Source: the human T2T-CHM13v2.0 reference genome, Homo sapiens. Taken from it: a stretch of DNA of 64,000 nucleotides. The DNA lies in the NCBI RefSeq assembly GCF_009914755.1, contig NC_060940.1; one strand, given 5' to 3'. A program made the position numbers and the translations under genes. The notes below the pieces were generated by a model. That model saw only the letters and a list, made by a program, of their open reading frames with translations. It did no database searches and had not been told where the DNA came from. Shown here piece after piece: positions 29,580 through 43,900 of this stretch (the stretch's first letter is position 1; each line of letters opens with the position of its first letter).

Positions 29580-29850
29580 ACAGAGAATGGTGGAGCCTAA
29601 GGAAGGGCAAGTCAGGACTAATATATCAAAATTACATGTCTAGACTCTGTCTAGCCAGTTTCCAGCAATGATGGTTTTGAAGCAGGGATGTGATGTCATA
29701 AGATTGCATTCTAAAATTTACATCTTTTCAAGCAAGAGGGTAATTTATTTTAGGAGTCAGCTGAGAGAAACTACAACCTGAATCTTGTACAAGAGGGTCA
29801 CTAGCATAAGAGTGGTAGTGCAAAGATGAAATCCTTATCTGAAGGAAGAA
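29580..29850 (-). mobile_element. L2 fragment
   Basis: GGTTTTGAAGCAGGGATGTGATGTCATAAGATTGCATTCTAAAA. Confidence 0.55.
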
Positions 29851-30023
29851 GGGTGAAGATGGAAACATAGGTCTCCCCTTCTTCACCTCTCAGAGGTCAG
29901 AGTGATCTAAGGGCAGTAGCCAAGAAGAAAAACCCCAATTATATGCCTGCAAGGACAGAAAGGTGAACATGTCACATGCTCCCAGCTGGACCTGGAAATG
30001 GACTGTGAAGTGGCTACTTAGAG

Positions 30024-30210
30024 CAGGTGTTCTCAAAGTGGGACCTTGGAACAGCAGCATCAGCATCACCTAGAAACTTGCCAGAAATAGAAATTCTTGC
30101 AACCCACTTCAGAACTTCCGGATCAGAAAATCTGGGAGCGGTTCTAGGGATCAGTGCTTTATCAAGCCCTTCAGATGATTTTTGATGCTGCTAAAGTTTG
30201 AGAAGCACTA
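30024..30210. mobile_element. MER5A hAT-Charlie DNA transposon
   Basis: CAGGTGTTCTCAAAGTG..CAGCAGCATCAGCATCACCT..AAAGTTTGAGAAGCACT with terminal inverted repeats. Confidence 0.88.
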
Positions 30211-30219
30211 GAATCAGAA

Positions 30220-30283
30220 CAGTAGATCTCAACCAGAGGCAATTTTTTTCTCCAGAGGGCACCTGACAATGTCTGGAGATGTT
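30220..30283 (-). mobile_element. MER20 fragment
   Basis: CAGTAGATCTCAACCAGAGGCAATTTT..GACAATGTCTGGAGATG. Confidence 0.65.
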
Positions 30284-30319
30284 ACTTCATTCAAAAATCT
30301 CTCTCCTTTTCTGTTATAG

Positions 30320-30329
30320 ACACACACCC

Positions 30330-30368
<39 letters not shown>

Positions 30369-30389
30369 ACACACACAAACACACACACA
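30320..30389. repeat. (CA)n microsatellite
   Basis: Long CA run with interruptions. Confidence 0.95.
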
Positions 30390-30889
30390 TAAAATTATTA
30401 TTTCTCTTTTAACAATGAATACTTCTCAATGCAAAGTAATGATTATCTTCCCAAAGTGTTTACAAAAGAGATATTTAAACCTAAGTTCTACAAATAATTT
30501 TAAAGTTTCTGGATTTGGTGGTGTTCTTTTCTCTTTTTTTCATTCTTCTCATCCTCTTAAAATTGAAATGTTACATGTAATGTCTGCTTGTGTGTGTGTG
30601 CTATGTTACATGATACAAAAATTAAAGACAGAATACTCTTATCTGTAGGGATTTCATTGTGCCTTGAGGTAAATGTTACACTCTTTGTTTTGTGTGTGTG
30701 TATGCAACTGCTGCAGTAAATGTTTTAAGCTTTTGGAAGAAGAATAAATGGGGGAATTTCAGAATTCTTCACAAATGGATATGCATTTATTATAGATTCA
30801 GTACTTACAAGCTGTATAGATGTTAAGTGCCAAGAAAGTAGGTTGGGAAGAACAAACAGTAGGGAGAATCACATATCATGATGGTTTTT

Positions 30890-31050
30890 ATTATCTCATT
30901 AAAATTTTCAAATTCTCCAAAAACCCATCAATGTAAATTTTACAACTTTATAGATGAATAAAAAAAGATTCAGAAGAATGAAATATCCAAGGTCACACAG
31001 CCAATGAATGGCAGAGCTGAGATTAGATTTCAAAGATATCTGACTCAATG
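30890..31050 (-). mobile_element. MIR SINE
   Basis: CCAAGGTCACACAGCCAATGAATGGCAGAGCTGAGATT. Confidence 0.75.
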
Positions 31051-31265
31051 GTCATTCAAAAAGCCATAAAAATTCTCATAAGTAATAATTTACAATGCTC
31101 TTTCATGTGTCCAAGTTTGAGGAAATGAGTCATAGGAAGAGGTGGTAGGGCTGGAATGGATAGGAAGGAGTTAGTAAAAAAATGAGGTGGAAAAGAAAGT
31201 TTGGAGGTAGATACAAATACTGAAAAATTAATACCTTAAAAGAGAGTGATAATGACTAAGATGTG

Positions 31266-31632
31266 TGTATTAATTTATTCTCATGCTGCTATAATGGACT
31301 GCCTGAGACTGAGTAATTTATAAAGGAAAGAGGCTTAATTGACTCACAGCTAAGGAGGCCTCAGAAAACTTACAATAGTGGTGGAAAGGGAAGCAAACAT
31401 GTCCTTCTTCACATGATGGCAGGAAGGAGAAGAACGTGAGCTGAGTGAAGGGGGAAGCCCCTTATAAAACCATCAGATCTCATGAGAACTTATTCACTAT
31501 CACGAGAACAGCATAGGGGAAACCACCCCACAATTCAATTACCTCCCACTGGGTTCCTCCCACTGCACGTGGGGATTATGAGAACTACAATTCAAGATGA
31601 GATTTGGGTGGGGACACAGCCAAACCATATCA
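31266..31632 (-). mobile_element. THE1 (THE1C/D-like) MaLR solo LTR
   Basis: TGTATTAATTTATTCTCATGCTGCTA..GGGTGGGGACACAGCCAAACCATATCA; perfect TSD ATGTG at 31261-31265 and 31633-31637. Confidence 0.93.
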
Positions 31633-31641
31633 ATGTGTCAT

Positions 31642-31822
31642 CCTCTAGAGAAGATTTGAAATGTTCCCACCACAAAGAAATCGTAAGTGTTTGAGATAAT
31701 TGATATTCTAATGACCTGGATTTGATCATTACACATTGTACGCATGTATCAAAATATCACATCTAACCCTATATCTATGCACAATTATTATTTATCAATA
31801 AAATTAAAAATTAAAAAAGAAA
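31642..31822 (+). mobile_element. L1MA-type 3' end
   Basis: TGTTCCCACCACAAAGAAAT..GATTTGATCATTACACATTGTA..AATAAAA and an A-rich tail. Confidence 0.8.
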
Positions 31823-33358
31823 GCTTTCTTGTCTTCAGTGGATTTCTCTCTGAAATCAACAAGGAAATCATTTTAATTACAGATTTTCTCATTTTATCCT
31901 CTAATTAAGCATTTTCTGTGAATTTTCCTCACCAATAGAGCACAGCATAAATCTGTTTGCTGACACTGAAGCCCTATAAACACAGGGACTCACTCTAGCA
32001 TTGTACCTTATCTTCTGTTCCTCCCTTGTCATGAACATCATGCTCCAACCACCACCTGACTGATCATTGTTTCTTCAACCATGCCTTGCTCTCTGTGACA
32101 GTGCTTCTAAAGTGACCTATCTGAGAAGAAACTAGATTTTTATTTTTTTGCCATCCAATCTTTTGTGGATCAATAATTCGTTAAAATTGATGATTAGAAA
32201 AATGGATTTAAAAGACAAAAAACAATTGTCTTTTCCATTGTTAGATTCAACCTATGTAATATTAATCTGCTAAGACTGCTATAAAAATTTCTAGATGCTT
32301 TTTCTTATTGTTTGTATTTATCTTGTCATGAATTGGTAATAAACAGAGGACCAGCACCAATTTCTGCATCAAACTTTATTTGCACAGCTCTAATGTCCTC
32401 CTTAGTCTACACCTCCTGAATAGCACCCCTTGGACTTATGAGCTCAGAGACTTTGAGGTCTTAATGTAGCTTTCTTTTTAATCTTACTGGTCCCTCTGTA
32501 TGGAATCTGATATTTAAATTCACAATGCCCTTTACTGAGTATCAACTCTGTACAGTTCTAGGAGGAGAAATATGAATGATAGTCTTTCCCAGACAGGGTC
32601 CATTTCAGGGAAATAACTGATGATACATAATTTTCTAATAATAAAGCATTTTAAGAAGATGAAGAAAGACTTTTTGGACTATAAAATAATATGGATCAGG
32701 AGGGAAGGGGCAGTAGAAATAGGAAATGCTTCCAAATAAAGTGTTTTTTATAAGTCCACGCAACCAATATTTTGAATTCTAATTCTACTCCTTCTTATGT
32801 TCCCTGTACACAGTTTAGCTGATAGCAAGTGCTTAAAAAGAAAGTATGATTGCACTGAATTGTTCTCTTTTAAGTAATTAATTTTGTTATATAAATTTGC
32901 CCCAATATAAAAGAAAGAAAGCATGATTATAGAATTTTAAAACAACATTTCACATAAGCTTTATCTACAGAGCCAAAATCAAAAGATGGCAAGCAATTTT
33001 ACAGGTAATTGACTTAGAGAAAAATTTTATCGCATAGAACAAGAGACATAAAAATTCAGATCAACATTTGCTGCTAAAATTCACAGAGTGCTTTCTCAGA
33101 ATAAGCTTTTCTTTGTCTGTAGACATATGACTACTTCTTTGAAGGATTTCCCAATTTAAGGCAATAAAACCAAACTCTAATATTGAATATTTCAGTGTGA
33201 TTAAATGTAAATAATGGGGCACTAGTATACCTCAAAATATGGAAAAGTATTGAAACATTTCGACTAAAATCAGGGAAATCAAGTAAAGAAATGCAATTAA
33301 AAATTTATTCCTCAACCTGATCACTTTGTGTAAATATAAATAAAAAATAAGTGTACAA

Positions 33359-33647
33359 GGCCGGGTGTGATGGCTCACACCTGTAATCCCAGCACTTTGG
33401 CAGGCCGAGGCAGGTGGATCATGAGGTCAAGAGATTGAGACCATCCTGGCCAACGTGGTGAAACCCTGTGTCTACTAAAAATACAAAAATTAGCTGGGCA
33501 TGGTGGCACACGCCTGTAGTCCCAGCTACTCAGGAGGCTGAGGCAGGAGAATCGCTTGAACCTGGGGGCGGAGGTTGCAGTGAGCAAAGATCGTGCCATT
33601 GCACTCCAGCCTGGCAACAGAGCGAGACTCCATCTCAAAAAAAAAAA
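33359..33647 (+). mobile_element. AluSc-like SINE, full length
   Basis: GGCCGGGTGTG start, GAGATTGAGACCATCCTGGCCAAC, CCTGGCAACAG; TSD AAGTGTACAA. Confidence 0.95.
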
Positions 33648-34379
33648 GTGTACAAAATATACATACAATTTTATTGATTGTATATATTGTATACATATTT
33701 ATATATGTATACATATATATATTTGAAAAATTGACAAGAAAATACTGTTTCTATCCAAGAGGTTGATCTTCAACTAAATAGGATGAAAGATTAAGTGATA
33801 TAAGAATGGTGATTTTCCTTCAGTTATAGCATCGGATTCTAATAAACATATGTGAAGCTTCTTGGAAATAAAACCAAAAGCATCAAATCATAATGAGTTG
33901 TATTTATAAGGGTTTATACAGTGTGCTTAAAGTTTTCTAAGTTAGATAGGAGGTCAGACATGAAGACAACATTTTTAATGCTATCATTGTTGAAATTTTG
34001 AATTTTACATCACATACAAAACATATTTTAAAATAAAATATACAAATTTAAAGAAGAAAGTAAATTATATTTAGGTATTCAGTAACTCTGAGCATGATTC
34101 CTGACTCTTCTATTGCATCTATAAATGTCAATCACTAAAACAATACAAATTAGGCAACTGAGAAAGAGCCAACAGTGATGACACTATCCTGAGGCAGAAA
34201 CTAGAACAGGGTTCTGGCAAACATCAATGGAAGCCATTTGGCAGGCAGTTTTGCCACAGCTCATTGAAACCGCCTGAAATTGTCTTGTTGCATTTTCTTC
34301 GATTGCCTTCTTTTGACGTATCTGCACCCATGGTTAAATTCAAAACCCCAAATTCACAATTGATGATGTCTCAATATAT

Positions 34380-36100
<1,721 letters not shown>

Positions 36101-36559
36101 CTTACTAAGACCACAATGACTGCTAAAAAATATTTTGCCCTCATGTTTTTCAAACTTCATGTTACTTACCACCTGTGGCCAAATAAAATAAAATTTGTTT
36201 TTGAATAATCTGTTTTCAGTAAGAGGCTTTTCCACAGGATTTAACAAGACTATCCTAAGCCTGAGTGTCTAATATATAAAAGTTGGTCTCAAAATGAAGA
36301 CTACGGAAAGACTCACCAGCAGGACTGGAAAGGGCTTTGAGCTTGTGACACATAGGAAACCACTGACCAACAGGTTATGCTCAGACTGAAGGCAGTACTC
36401 ATGGAGGGAAATGTCAGCAGTTCCCATACGAGGGAAGTAAGAAAGAGTAACGCATTTTGTCATAAAGAGCAAAACTAGGACATTCATCAATGAGTGGAAT
36501 TACAAATTTCTCCTTCTATTGATGGCTTCTCCCTGACATGCAAAGTCAGAACTGCCAAA

Positions 36560-36735
36560 GACTAAATGGGGATTATCTGAATAAATAGTGGATTCCCAAA
36601 CGCTGAAGATATTCAGTAGATAATCGATTCCCAACCACTGGAGATATTCTCAAACACTGAATGGCAGGATATTTCAGCTGAGATTTAAACATTAATATTA
36701 GATCAAAAAACATAGAAGTTTCATTCTACTTTATA
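36560..36735 (+). mobile_element. L3/CR1-like fragment
   Basis: AATGGGGATTATCTG..ATTCCCAACCACTGGAGATATTC resembles the L3 3' region. Confidence 0.45.
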
Positions 36736-36862
36736 ACCAAATATTAACACTTACTGATGGATACTATGGAGGCAAGGCATGTTTCTCACATTCGCTCTCA
36801 AGGAGCTAACAGTCTGGTAGTGAGATAAGCAAAGGCACCATATACAAGTAAAATTGTGAGAC

Positions 36863-37033
36863 TGCATTAGTGCTCTATTGCTGTCATAACAAATTACTAC
36901 ATACTTAGTTGCATAAGCAAAGCAAATTTATGATCTTGCAGCTCTGTATGCCAGAAGTTTGACTTGTATATCACTAGTTAAAGTCAAGGTAACCACAGGG
37001 CTGCATTCCTTTCCGGAGGCTTTAGGGGAGAAT
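36863..37033 (-). mobile_element. MLT1C/D-like LTR fragment
   Basis: TGCATTAGTGCTCTATTGCTGTCATAACAAATTAC..GGGCTGCATTCCTTTCCGGAGGCTTTAGGGGAGAAT. Confidence 0.8.
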
Positions 37034-37219
37034 ATAATATCATAGTGAAAATTTGTCTTTTTTCTGCCCCACAAAATACTCTAGGGATAGTAGGCAGAAA
37101 TTATGTATGGGGTTTTAATATAGCTAGCACTAGTAATACATTGTTTTTTGTGCAGATGATGACAAGGTTTTTAATGTAATTTAATTAGCTCTTAATATTT
37201 GAAATGATTCAGGATCGAA

Positions 37220-37640
37220 TGGTCAACAAGCTATGACCTCTGCCCTCAATTGGCTTATATAGCAGAGGGCAATGTAGACAATTAAATAAAAACCATTACA
37301 CAATAGGATAAGGACTAAAGTAGGGTGAGTAAGATGCTAGGGTAACACAGGTTAGGAATAAATAATGAAGACAGAAATGTGTTTCCAAAGAAAAAAATAC
37401 GAGGTAAAAGGAAGAGAAAGAATATTCCAGGTAGGGAGAAGAATATTTGTGAAGTGTGGAAGGTGAGAGTTTAGTGTGTTTCTTGAACTAGAGATGAATA
37501 CATGGCTGGTGTAGAAACTGTATGACAAGGGGAAGGAGCGGTCAGTGAATGTTGAGAAGTAGACTAAGGTTAAGTTGGTGTTAGGATTAAAGTATAGATG
37601 TATTATTTTGCCAAACATACAGTGAATAAGTAATCTTACT
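37220..37640 (-). mobile_element. L2 fragment
   Basis: CTCTGCCCTCAA..GAATATTCCAGGTAGGGAGAA. Confidence 0.6.
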
Positions 37641-37894
37641 CGTCAACATAAAATATGGCCTATTTTTTTATTAGTACAAATTCTGGGCAACCAAAGTCAC
37701 TTAGCTAAGCACTAAAATTATAAAATAATTATATACACATATAAGGTTACGTTTACAACATGTAAGGTTACATTTATCTCCAGATCTGCATGGAGCTTAT
37801 AGTTAAGTCAGATAGACTTAATGGCTTCAACTCTATTGTTTATTCCTTCATTTATCTATCATTGCATTGTTCAGATAATTAAGGATGTTAAAAA

Positions 37895-38260
37895 TAATCA
37901 GAGATATTTTCTGCCTCACCTCCCTTGAGAATATAGTATGCAGTATCACCTACCATAAATGCAGCTGTGAGAAAACCAATGATGAGAAAATGCATGTAAA
38001 TCCTTAGCACTGAGCTTGGCTCATAGTGAGCTGCTATTTTTACAACAAGAGAAATGATTAATGATTTCCTCATTTGTAGTTCTATAATGGAAATAGATAA
38101 ATATTAGTAGTCCGACAGATATGGATTCCTATAGGAATACTAGATCAACCATTTATTTCCGTATGACCTTGGCTAATTCTGGCATTCCTTTTAAGTCTCA
38201 ATGTTCTTAATTTTAAACGGGGATAATTGTATTGATTTTGCAGAACTGGTTTGCGATTTA
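37895..38260 (+). mobile_element. Two MIR fragments
   Basis: GAGAAAATGCATGTAAATCCTTAGCACTGAGCTTGGCTCATAGTGAG; TATGACCTTGG..AAACGGGGATAAT. Confidence 0.65.
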
Positions 38261-39379
38261 TAATTTAAACATACACATAATTAAATATATTATTTTATTT
38301 AATTCATTTCAATTCAACTGTCAATATATAGCACATTTTTAAAACTAACCACTTAGCAAATTTAGATTTATTACCCCTTAATTCTTTTCAATTCAATCAT
38401 CAGCAATATCAAATTTTATCATTTAAATAGACGGTAGGGAAGGCTTCATAAGTGGTGATTGCCGTCTTTCCAAATGCTTGCTTTCATAATGATGGATTAT
38501 CATTATATAGAGTTTAAAATGAATGATAGAAGAGAGTTGGTTTCCTGTGGGAACTTCCAAGAAACTGTAAGATATATACAGGATCTGCTTCACCCAAAAC
38601 TAAAGGTACATTAATACCTGTTAATGTATCTTTCTTTTTTCCAATTTGATGGGCCATTTATTTTATATAGGTTTTCATTTACTCATTAAAGTGGTTTGCA
38701 TCATTAGCTTGAACTTCTAAATAGATGGCAACATAATAAGTTACTTGCAGACGGTCTCTAAAGTCCTCCCACACAGACTCAGAATTTGAACTAAGTTTTA
38801 ATTTCTGAATGGGGTCTTTTGATTAGGCACAAGTTATATTCTTGCTATTTGTCCCATTCTAATAGTCTCTGTTGACAATATGTAAAAGGAACTCATGATG
38901 AAAAGTAAGAATGGGTACTTTGTCTAATTAAATGTTTTTCCCCTTCTTCAAAATGTGATCTTACTTTTGGACACAAAACATATTATTGATGGTCTTTGTA
39001 ATGAAAATCATAAAATGTTCCATGAGATTTTTCATTGAATGATGATATTTTCATAACAGATACATGCACCTCTTTTAAATAATAAAAGTAATGAGTCCAT
39101 TTGGAGGCTGTGAAAATTCCAGAAGTATATAAATAGCAAAACAGCTCTAATTTAATAGCATTATTAAATAATTTACAATATATTATATTAATTTTAAATA
39201 ATTTTATATTATTGTTATATAGTATTGTAACTTTGTAATCCATGTTTTTCTTTTCTCAAACAAACAAAAAACACCAATAAACACACAAACAACAACAAAT
39301 CCCCTTTGGGGAGCATCATCATTCTTCACTCCCCTCTTCAAAGAGACCAAAGTCCAACTAAAACTGCAACACAAATGTA

Positions 39380-39630
39380 ACGATCACTATTGTCCATCAC
39401 TCTACTATTACTACCATTTTTAGTACTGTGTGCCAATTACCCTTATGTTTGTTTTATTGAAATATTTTATTCTTCAACCAGCTCTATATAATTGGTAGAA
39501 TTATCTTTCCAATTTTACAGTATAAAAACTGGATGTCATAGATGCTAAATAACTTGCCTAACATCACACAGCTGGTTAGAGGAAGAACCATTTGACTGTA
39601 ATCACCACAATCTTAATCACAACAAGACCA
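39380..39630 (-). mobile_element. MIR SINE
   Basis: ATTTTACAG..AAATAACTTGCCTAACATCACACAGCTGGT. Confidence 0.72.
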
Positions 39631-41012
39631 TGCCTACCACATTGGGTAATTAAGATCATTATAGAAAAGATGACCAACTATTTATTAGGGTCTCCTTTAA
39701 GATGAAACCTTTCTTGACAAATGACAAACAAATGTACTGATGTAGAGGGAATATAGCTTTGGGGGAAAGGAAGAAGAATTGTTCACTAGAATGCTGTTAG
39801 TGCTACTGGTTTGTACTGGAGTATAGTTTGATAGAGGAGAAGAGTAATGAATGGTATGAAAAAGACAAGGGTAAAAGAAGCAATGAGTGTAAGAGACAGA
39901 AAAAGTATCTCAAATTGTCAACTATAATTTCCCAGAAATCTATTTTGAGCTGAGGGCTCTGATAATCTTCCTTTTGTGAAAGCCCTTTACAATTTTGGAG
40001 GAGTTTTCACATAGATGGCCTGATTTAATTTCCACAACAAACTTCTAAAGAAAATATGAGATCCTCAAATTACTAATACCAAACCTATGGCTTAGAGAAT
40101 TAAATCCCACTGTCTAGAATCATGATGAGGAAACTTTAATTTATGCAGCACATATTTAAGTCAAGTACCAAGCACTGTATCATGATGCTGAAGGAGGTCC
40201 CTGAGAACTAAGACATACAGTCTTGTTGGAATCATGGATATAGCCTGTAAATCATTTCATAATTACCTCAGTTATGCATATGATTTTTGGAACAACTTAT
40301 AACAATTGCCATTTCAGTTAAACTTATCTGTGACATGACAGCCATTATTTTTCAGGGACTTCACACAGGTGAAAGCTTCTGAGTTTTGGAGGAAAAAGCA
40401 GATGGCGTTAGCTCACCATTACATTGAAATTTTTTCTGAGGTGATTTGACTTTGGAGGTTTGAATTGGGAGCTGTTAGAAGTACATACTTCATACCTTTA
40501 AATAACAACTACCACAACAAACTCTGCATTTTCCCTTTAGGCTCTTTGTGGTCCTAAGTGCACAGCTGAGTAGCCAAATAATGCCAGTACTTAGAGTTTT
40601 ACAAAAGTAAGTGTTGCACATTAATAGTTGCATCAGAATGCAAATTGTGGACTTCATGGCACCTGAACCTTGGAAGTCAAAGGCAGTGTAAATCTTTGGG
40701 TGTGAGTTTCATTATCTGAAAACTGGGGACAAGAATCAGCTACATGATATATCAAAGGAATTCTGGGCAGTGAATGGAAGCATCATCTCTTTCTTCACCT
40801 CTATAGTCATTTTATTGATTGCTACTAGCTTTGTATGGCGAGCTTCATCTTCTTTCTTAAAAAATATGTTAACTGCAAATAAAAATGCATGTTTATCCTC
40901 TGCCTCTCTGTTGTCTCCTCAAGACTATATTCATCTAGCTTCCTGTTTGGTCCATTGGGAGCCCTGGCAGAGATCTGCAGCAGATAGAAAAATGATGTTG
41001 GGATATTCCATA

Positions 41013-41780
41013 CTTTTAACAAAGGGGTCTGATCTTTGTTCCAAGTTGTGGGGAGGGAGGTTTTAAGACCTTGGAATTTTCCTACTGTTAGGATTATTAT
41101 TCATTCTTCATTGTGGGCTTCCAGGAGTACACCCAAATTCATACTAACAAGATGACTTGGGGTGGGGGAGCCTAGATAGCTTCAAGATGGGGGGCTGGCC
41201 ATTCTGGAAAGACCAACCATGCAATTAAAAGGCTGGGTCTCTGAGGCAAGTGACATCAGCCTGACCTCTTAACCTCTGAGGATAGGAGGTTATGATTGAG
41301 CTCAGTCATGTGGCTAATAATTCAGTCAGACATACCTATGTAATAAAACCCCAGTAAAAACTCTGGACACCTGTAGCTTGCATGTGCTCTCTGGTTGGTG
41401 AACACATCAATGTGTCTGGAGGATGATGAGGCCTGATTCCATGGCCAGAAGACACAGAAACTCCACTGGTGGGACCCTCCCAGACCTCATACTGTACATT
41501 TATTGTTTTGGCTGGTCCTGATTTATATGCCTTATAATAAAACTGTGATCACAAATATAGTGCTTTAGTGAGTTATTTGCATCATTCTAGATAATTATCA
41601 AACCTAAAGGTCTAGTGGGAGGCCCTGAGTTCGTCAGAAGTGCAGATGGTCTAGAACCCCAGAAATTGCAACTGGTGTCTGAAGTGAGGGCAGTATTCAT
41701 GGTAGCATGGCTTCAACCTTTGCAATCTGTCTTAACTCTAAGTAATTAGTATTAGAATTGTATTGCAGTATTGCAGACAC
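41013..41780 (+). mobile_element. MER21 (MER21C-like) ERVL solo LTR
   Basis: TCTTTGTTCCAAGTT..CCTTGGAATTTTCCT..GGCTGGCCA..AAGACCAACCATG..AAAACTCTGGACAC..TGTCTGAAGTGAGGGCAGT..AGAATTGTATTG. Confidence 0.8.
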
Positions 41781-41932
41781 ATAACTGTTGATCTCTGCCC
41801 AAATACATGAGCATTCCTACACAGTTTTTGTGTGACTATCTCCAGTTTATGTATACTTATGTTTTTAAGGGCCAGCATCTATGACTTTCTTTAGAGAGTT
41901 AACTTAGGGCTAATAGACCCGCTTTGACCAGT

Positions 41933-41960
41933 GTTATAGGCTGAAACGTGCTCCCTCCCT

Positions 41961-42011
<51 letters not shown>

Positions 42012-42530
42012 AATTTCTAAACCCCAGTACTCCAGAATGTGACTAAAATTGGAGGTAGGGCCTTTAAAGATGTGATTAATGAGGACTTCAGGATGATCCT
42101 TAATCCATATGACTAGCGCCCTTACAAGAAGAGATTAGGATACAGGCAACATACAGATCAAGGATGGACCCTGTGAGAACACAGCAAGATGGTGGCCACC
42201 TACAAGCAAGGAGAGAGGCCTCTGAAAGAAACAAAATCTGCCAACACCTTGATCTTGGAATTCTAGCCTCCATATCTATGAGAAAATAATTTTCTGTTGT
42301 TTAAACTACCTAGTCTTGTTGGGTGTGGTGGCTCACACCTGTAATCCCAGCACTTTGGGAGGCCCAAGTGGGAGGATCGCTTGAGCCCAAGAGGTCGAAG
42401 CTGCAGTGAGCCATGATTGTACCCCTGTACTCCAGCCTGGGTAACAGAGTGAGAGTCTCAAAACAAAACAAAACAAAAACTGCCTAGTCTACGGTATTTT
42501 TTTTTACAGTATCTCTAACAAGCTAGTACA
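41933..42530 (+). mobile_element. MLT1B MaLR solo LTR containing (TA)n (41964-42008) and an Alu monomer
   Basis: TGTTATAGGCTGAA..AACCCCAGTACTCCAGAATGTGACT..AGGGCCTTTAAAGA..GATTAGGATACAG..CTAGTACA. Confidence 0.85.
42317..42476 (+). mobile_element. Alu monomer with a left-arm 5' part and right-arm 3' part, J-type
   Basis: GGCTCACACCTGTAATCCCAGCACTTTGGGAGG joined to GCTGCAGTGAGCCATGATTG; TSD AAACT(A/G)CCTAGTCT. Confidence 0.85.
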
Positions 42531-43189
42531 CCTATATATGCAGACAAGGAAGGAAAGCATAAAAATATGTGTTCTTATAGTTGTCCAGTAACTAAAGGCT
42601 GACTGACACAGAAGTATGAAGGCCCAACTATCTTGTCTGGAGTCAGTTCAAACTCTGAGCTATAATCTGCACCACATATTTCTTTGAAGACTTAGGCTGA
42701 AGCTAAGGCTTTGACTGAACTTGCACGCTCCTTGCTTGACTTCTTTCTACCATTCCATTCTGCTTTTTCCTGGGAATATTTTAATTGAACCATTTATACA
42801 TTCATTGTAGTTTGAACGTCTACTTTTGGGTGACCCATTTTAAGAGAAGGCATTTGTCCTGCTGTCTTTCTCCCTGTGGATTACCATACATCGGCTGGTC
42901 TCTTGATCAATATTTACTGCCCCTGTCAAGATAGCCAAATTGTATAACTCTCTCCTTTTAGGTTTATTGACCTCTCCTGGAACTGAGAGTGCAACAACTC
43001 TGTTTATGCGAGTTCCACGATGCACTACTATCCTTTGCGATTTCCCTACACTGAGCCCACAATATGTCAATGGAAAAAACATTTTTAGATTACAAAACAT
43101 AATAGAGTTTTGGTATTTATAGTCATTAACTCTTATTTACAAAGTATTTCTCTTTTTGTTTTGCTACGTTTGTCTCTTAGTTAAGAGAC

Positions 43190-43410
43190 AAAGAGTGATA
43201 AAGTGGATAAGTATATAAATCCCAGAGCTTTGCCACCTAACAGGAATATGACCAGGGTAAGTCATGATAATTGATCACTCTGTGCCTCAGCATTTCTAGC
43301 TATAAAATTATGATAATAATATAGATTTCATAACTCATTTTTCTTAAGATTGAGTTAGCATATCAAAAATATTCCAATAGTAAATGTCCGATAAATGATA
43401 ACTGCTTTGA
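43190..43410 (+). mobile_element. MIR SINE
   Basis: CTCTGTGCCTCAGCATTTC..TATAAAAT..AATAGTAAATGTCCGATAAATGATAACT. Confidence 0.72.
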
Positions 43411-43547
43411 CTTTTATGTTTCATTGACTGCTTTATGTTATTCTTAAAAGTAGGGCTACCCCTCCTTCCATGCCCTAATAGTGAAAGCATCCATTCCCCT
43501 TTGCCTTCTTCCAGAGAACATTCTCTAGCATTTGGTGCAGTAGACGT

Positions 43548-43900
43548 TTGAATTTATTCAACAAATACTGCATGTAAGACATTGACCTACAAACTAAAAA
43601 TATACCAGTAAACAAGGCAGAAAAAGTTTAGCATAACGTAATACCTAAGATTCATGTAAACAATGGAAAGAGTACAAATCCACCACTTTTCTATTTGACA
43701 GAGTGACTGGGTTGGGGATTGTGGATCCCATGTATGTGGGGAGCAGCAAAGTCTTCCAGGAATAAGCAGAATTTGAGCAAGGCCACGAAATAGAAAGAAA
43801 AAGCCAGTCACGAACAGGGCCAGGGTGAAGAAGTTCTTAGGTAAAGGAAATAGCAATTGCCATGGCCCTGGGATAGGAAGAATTTGCTTTACTAGGATAA
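43548..43900 (-). mobile_element. L2 fragment
   Basis: TTATTCAACAAATA tail; AATTTGAGCAAGGCC..GGTAAAGGAAATAGCAATTGCCATGGCCCTGG. Confidence 0.6.

Larger units (their letters stand above)
41800..42847 (+). mobile_element. LTR16A-like ERVL LTR, split by MLT1B
   Basis: 3' part AAGGCCCAACT..AACTCTGAG..AGGCTGAAGCT..CCTTGCTTGACTTCTT..TCCTGGGA..GACCCATTTTAAGAGA resembles LTR16A. Confidence 0.6.

Noticed and set aside
32098-32392. Possible hAT-Charlie-type DNA transposon relic
   Set aside because: The termini are suggestive (CAGTGCTTCT..), but I could not assign a family or TSD with confidence.
38606-38631. Short hairpins here and at ~5513-5546 and ~32210-32234 as structured RNA or terminators
   Set aside because: 8-10 bp AT-rich stems are expected by chance, and there is no miRNA- or snoRNA-like context.
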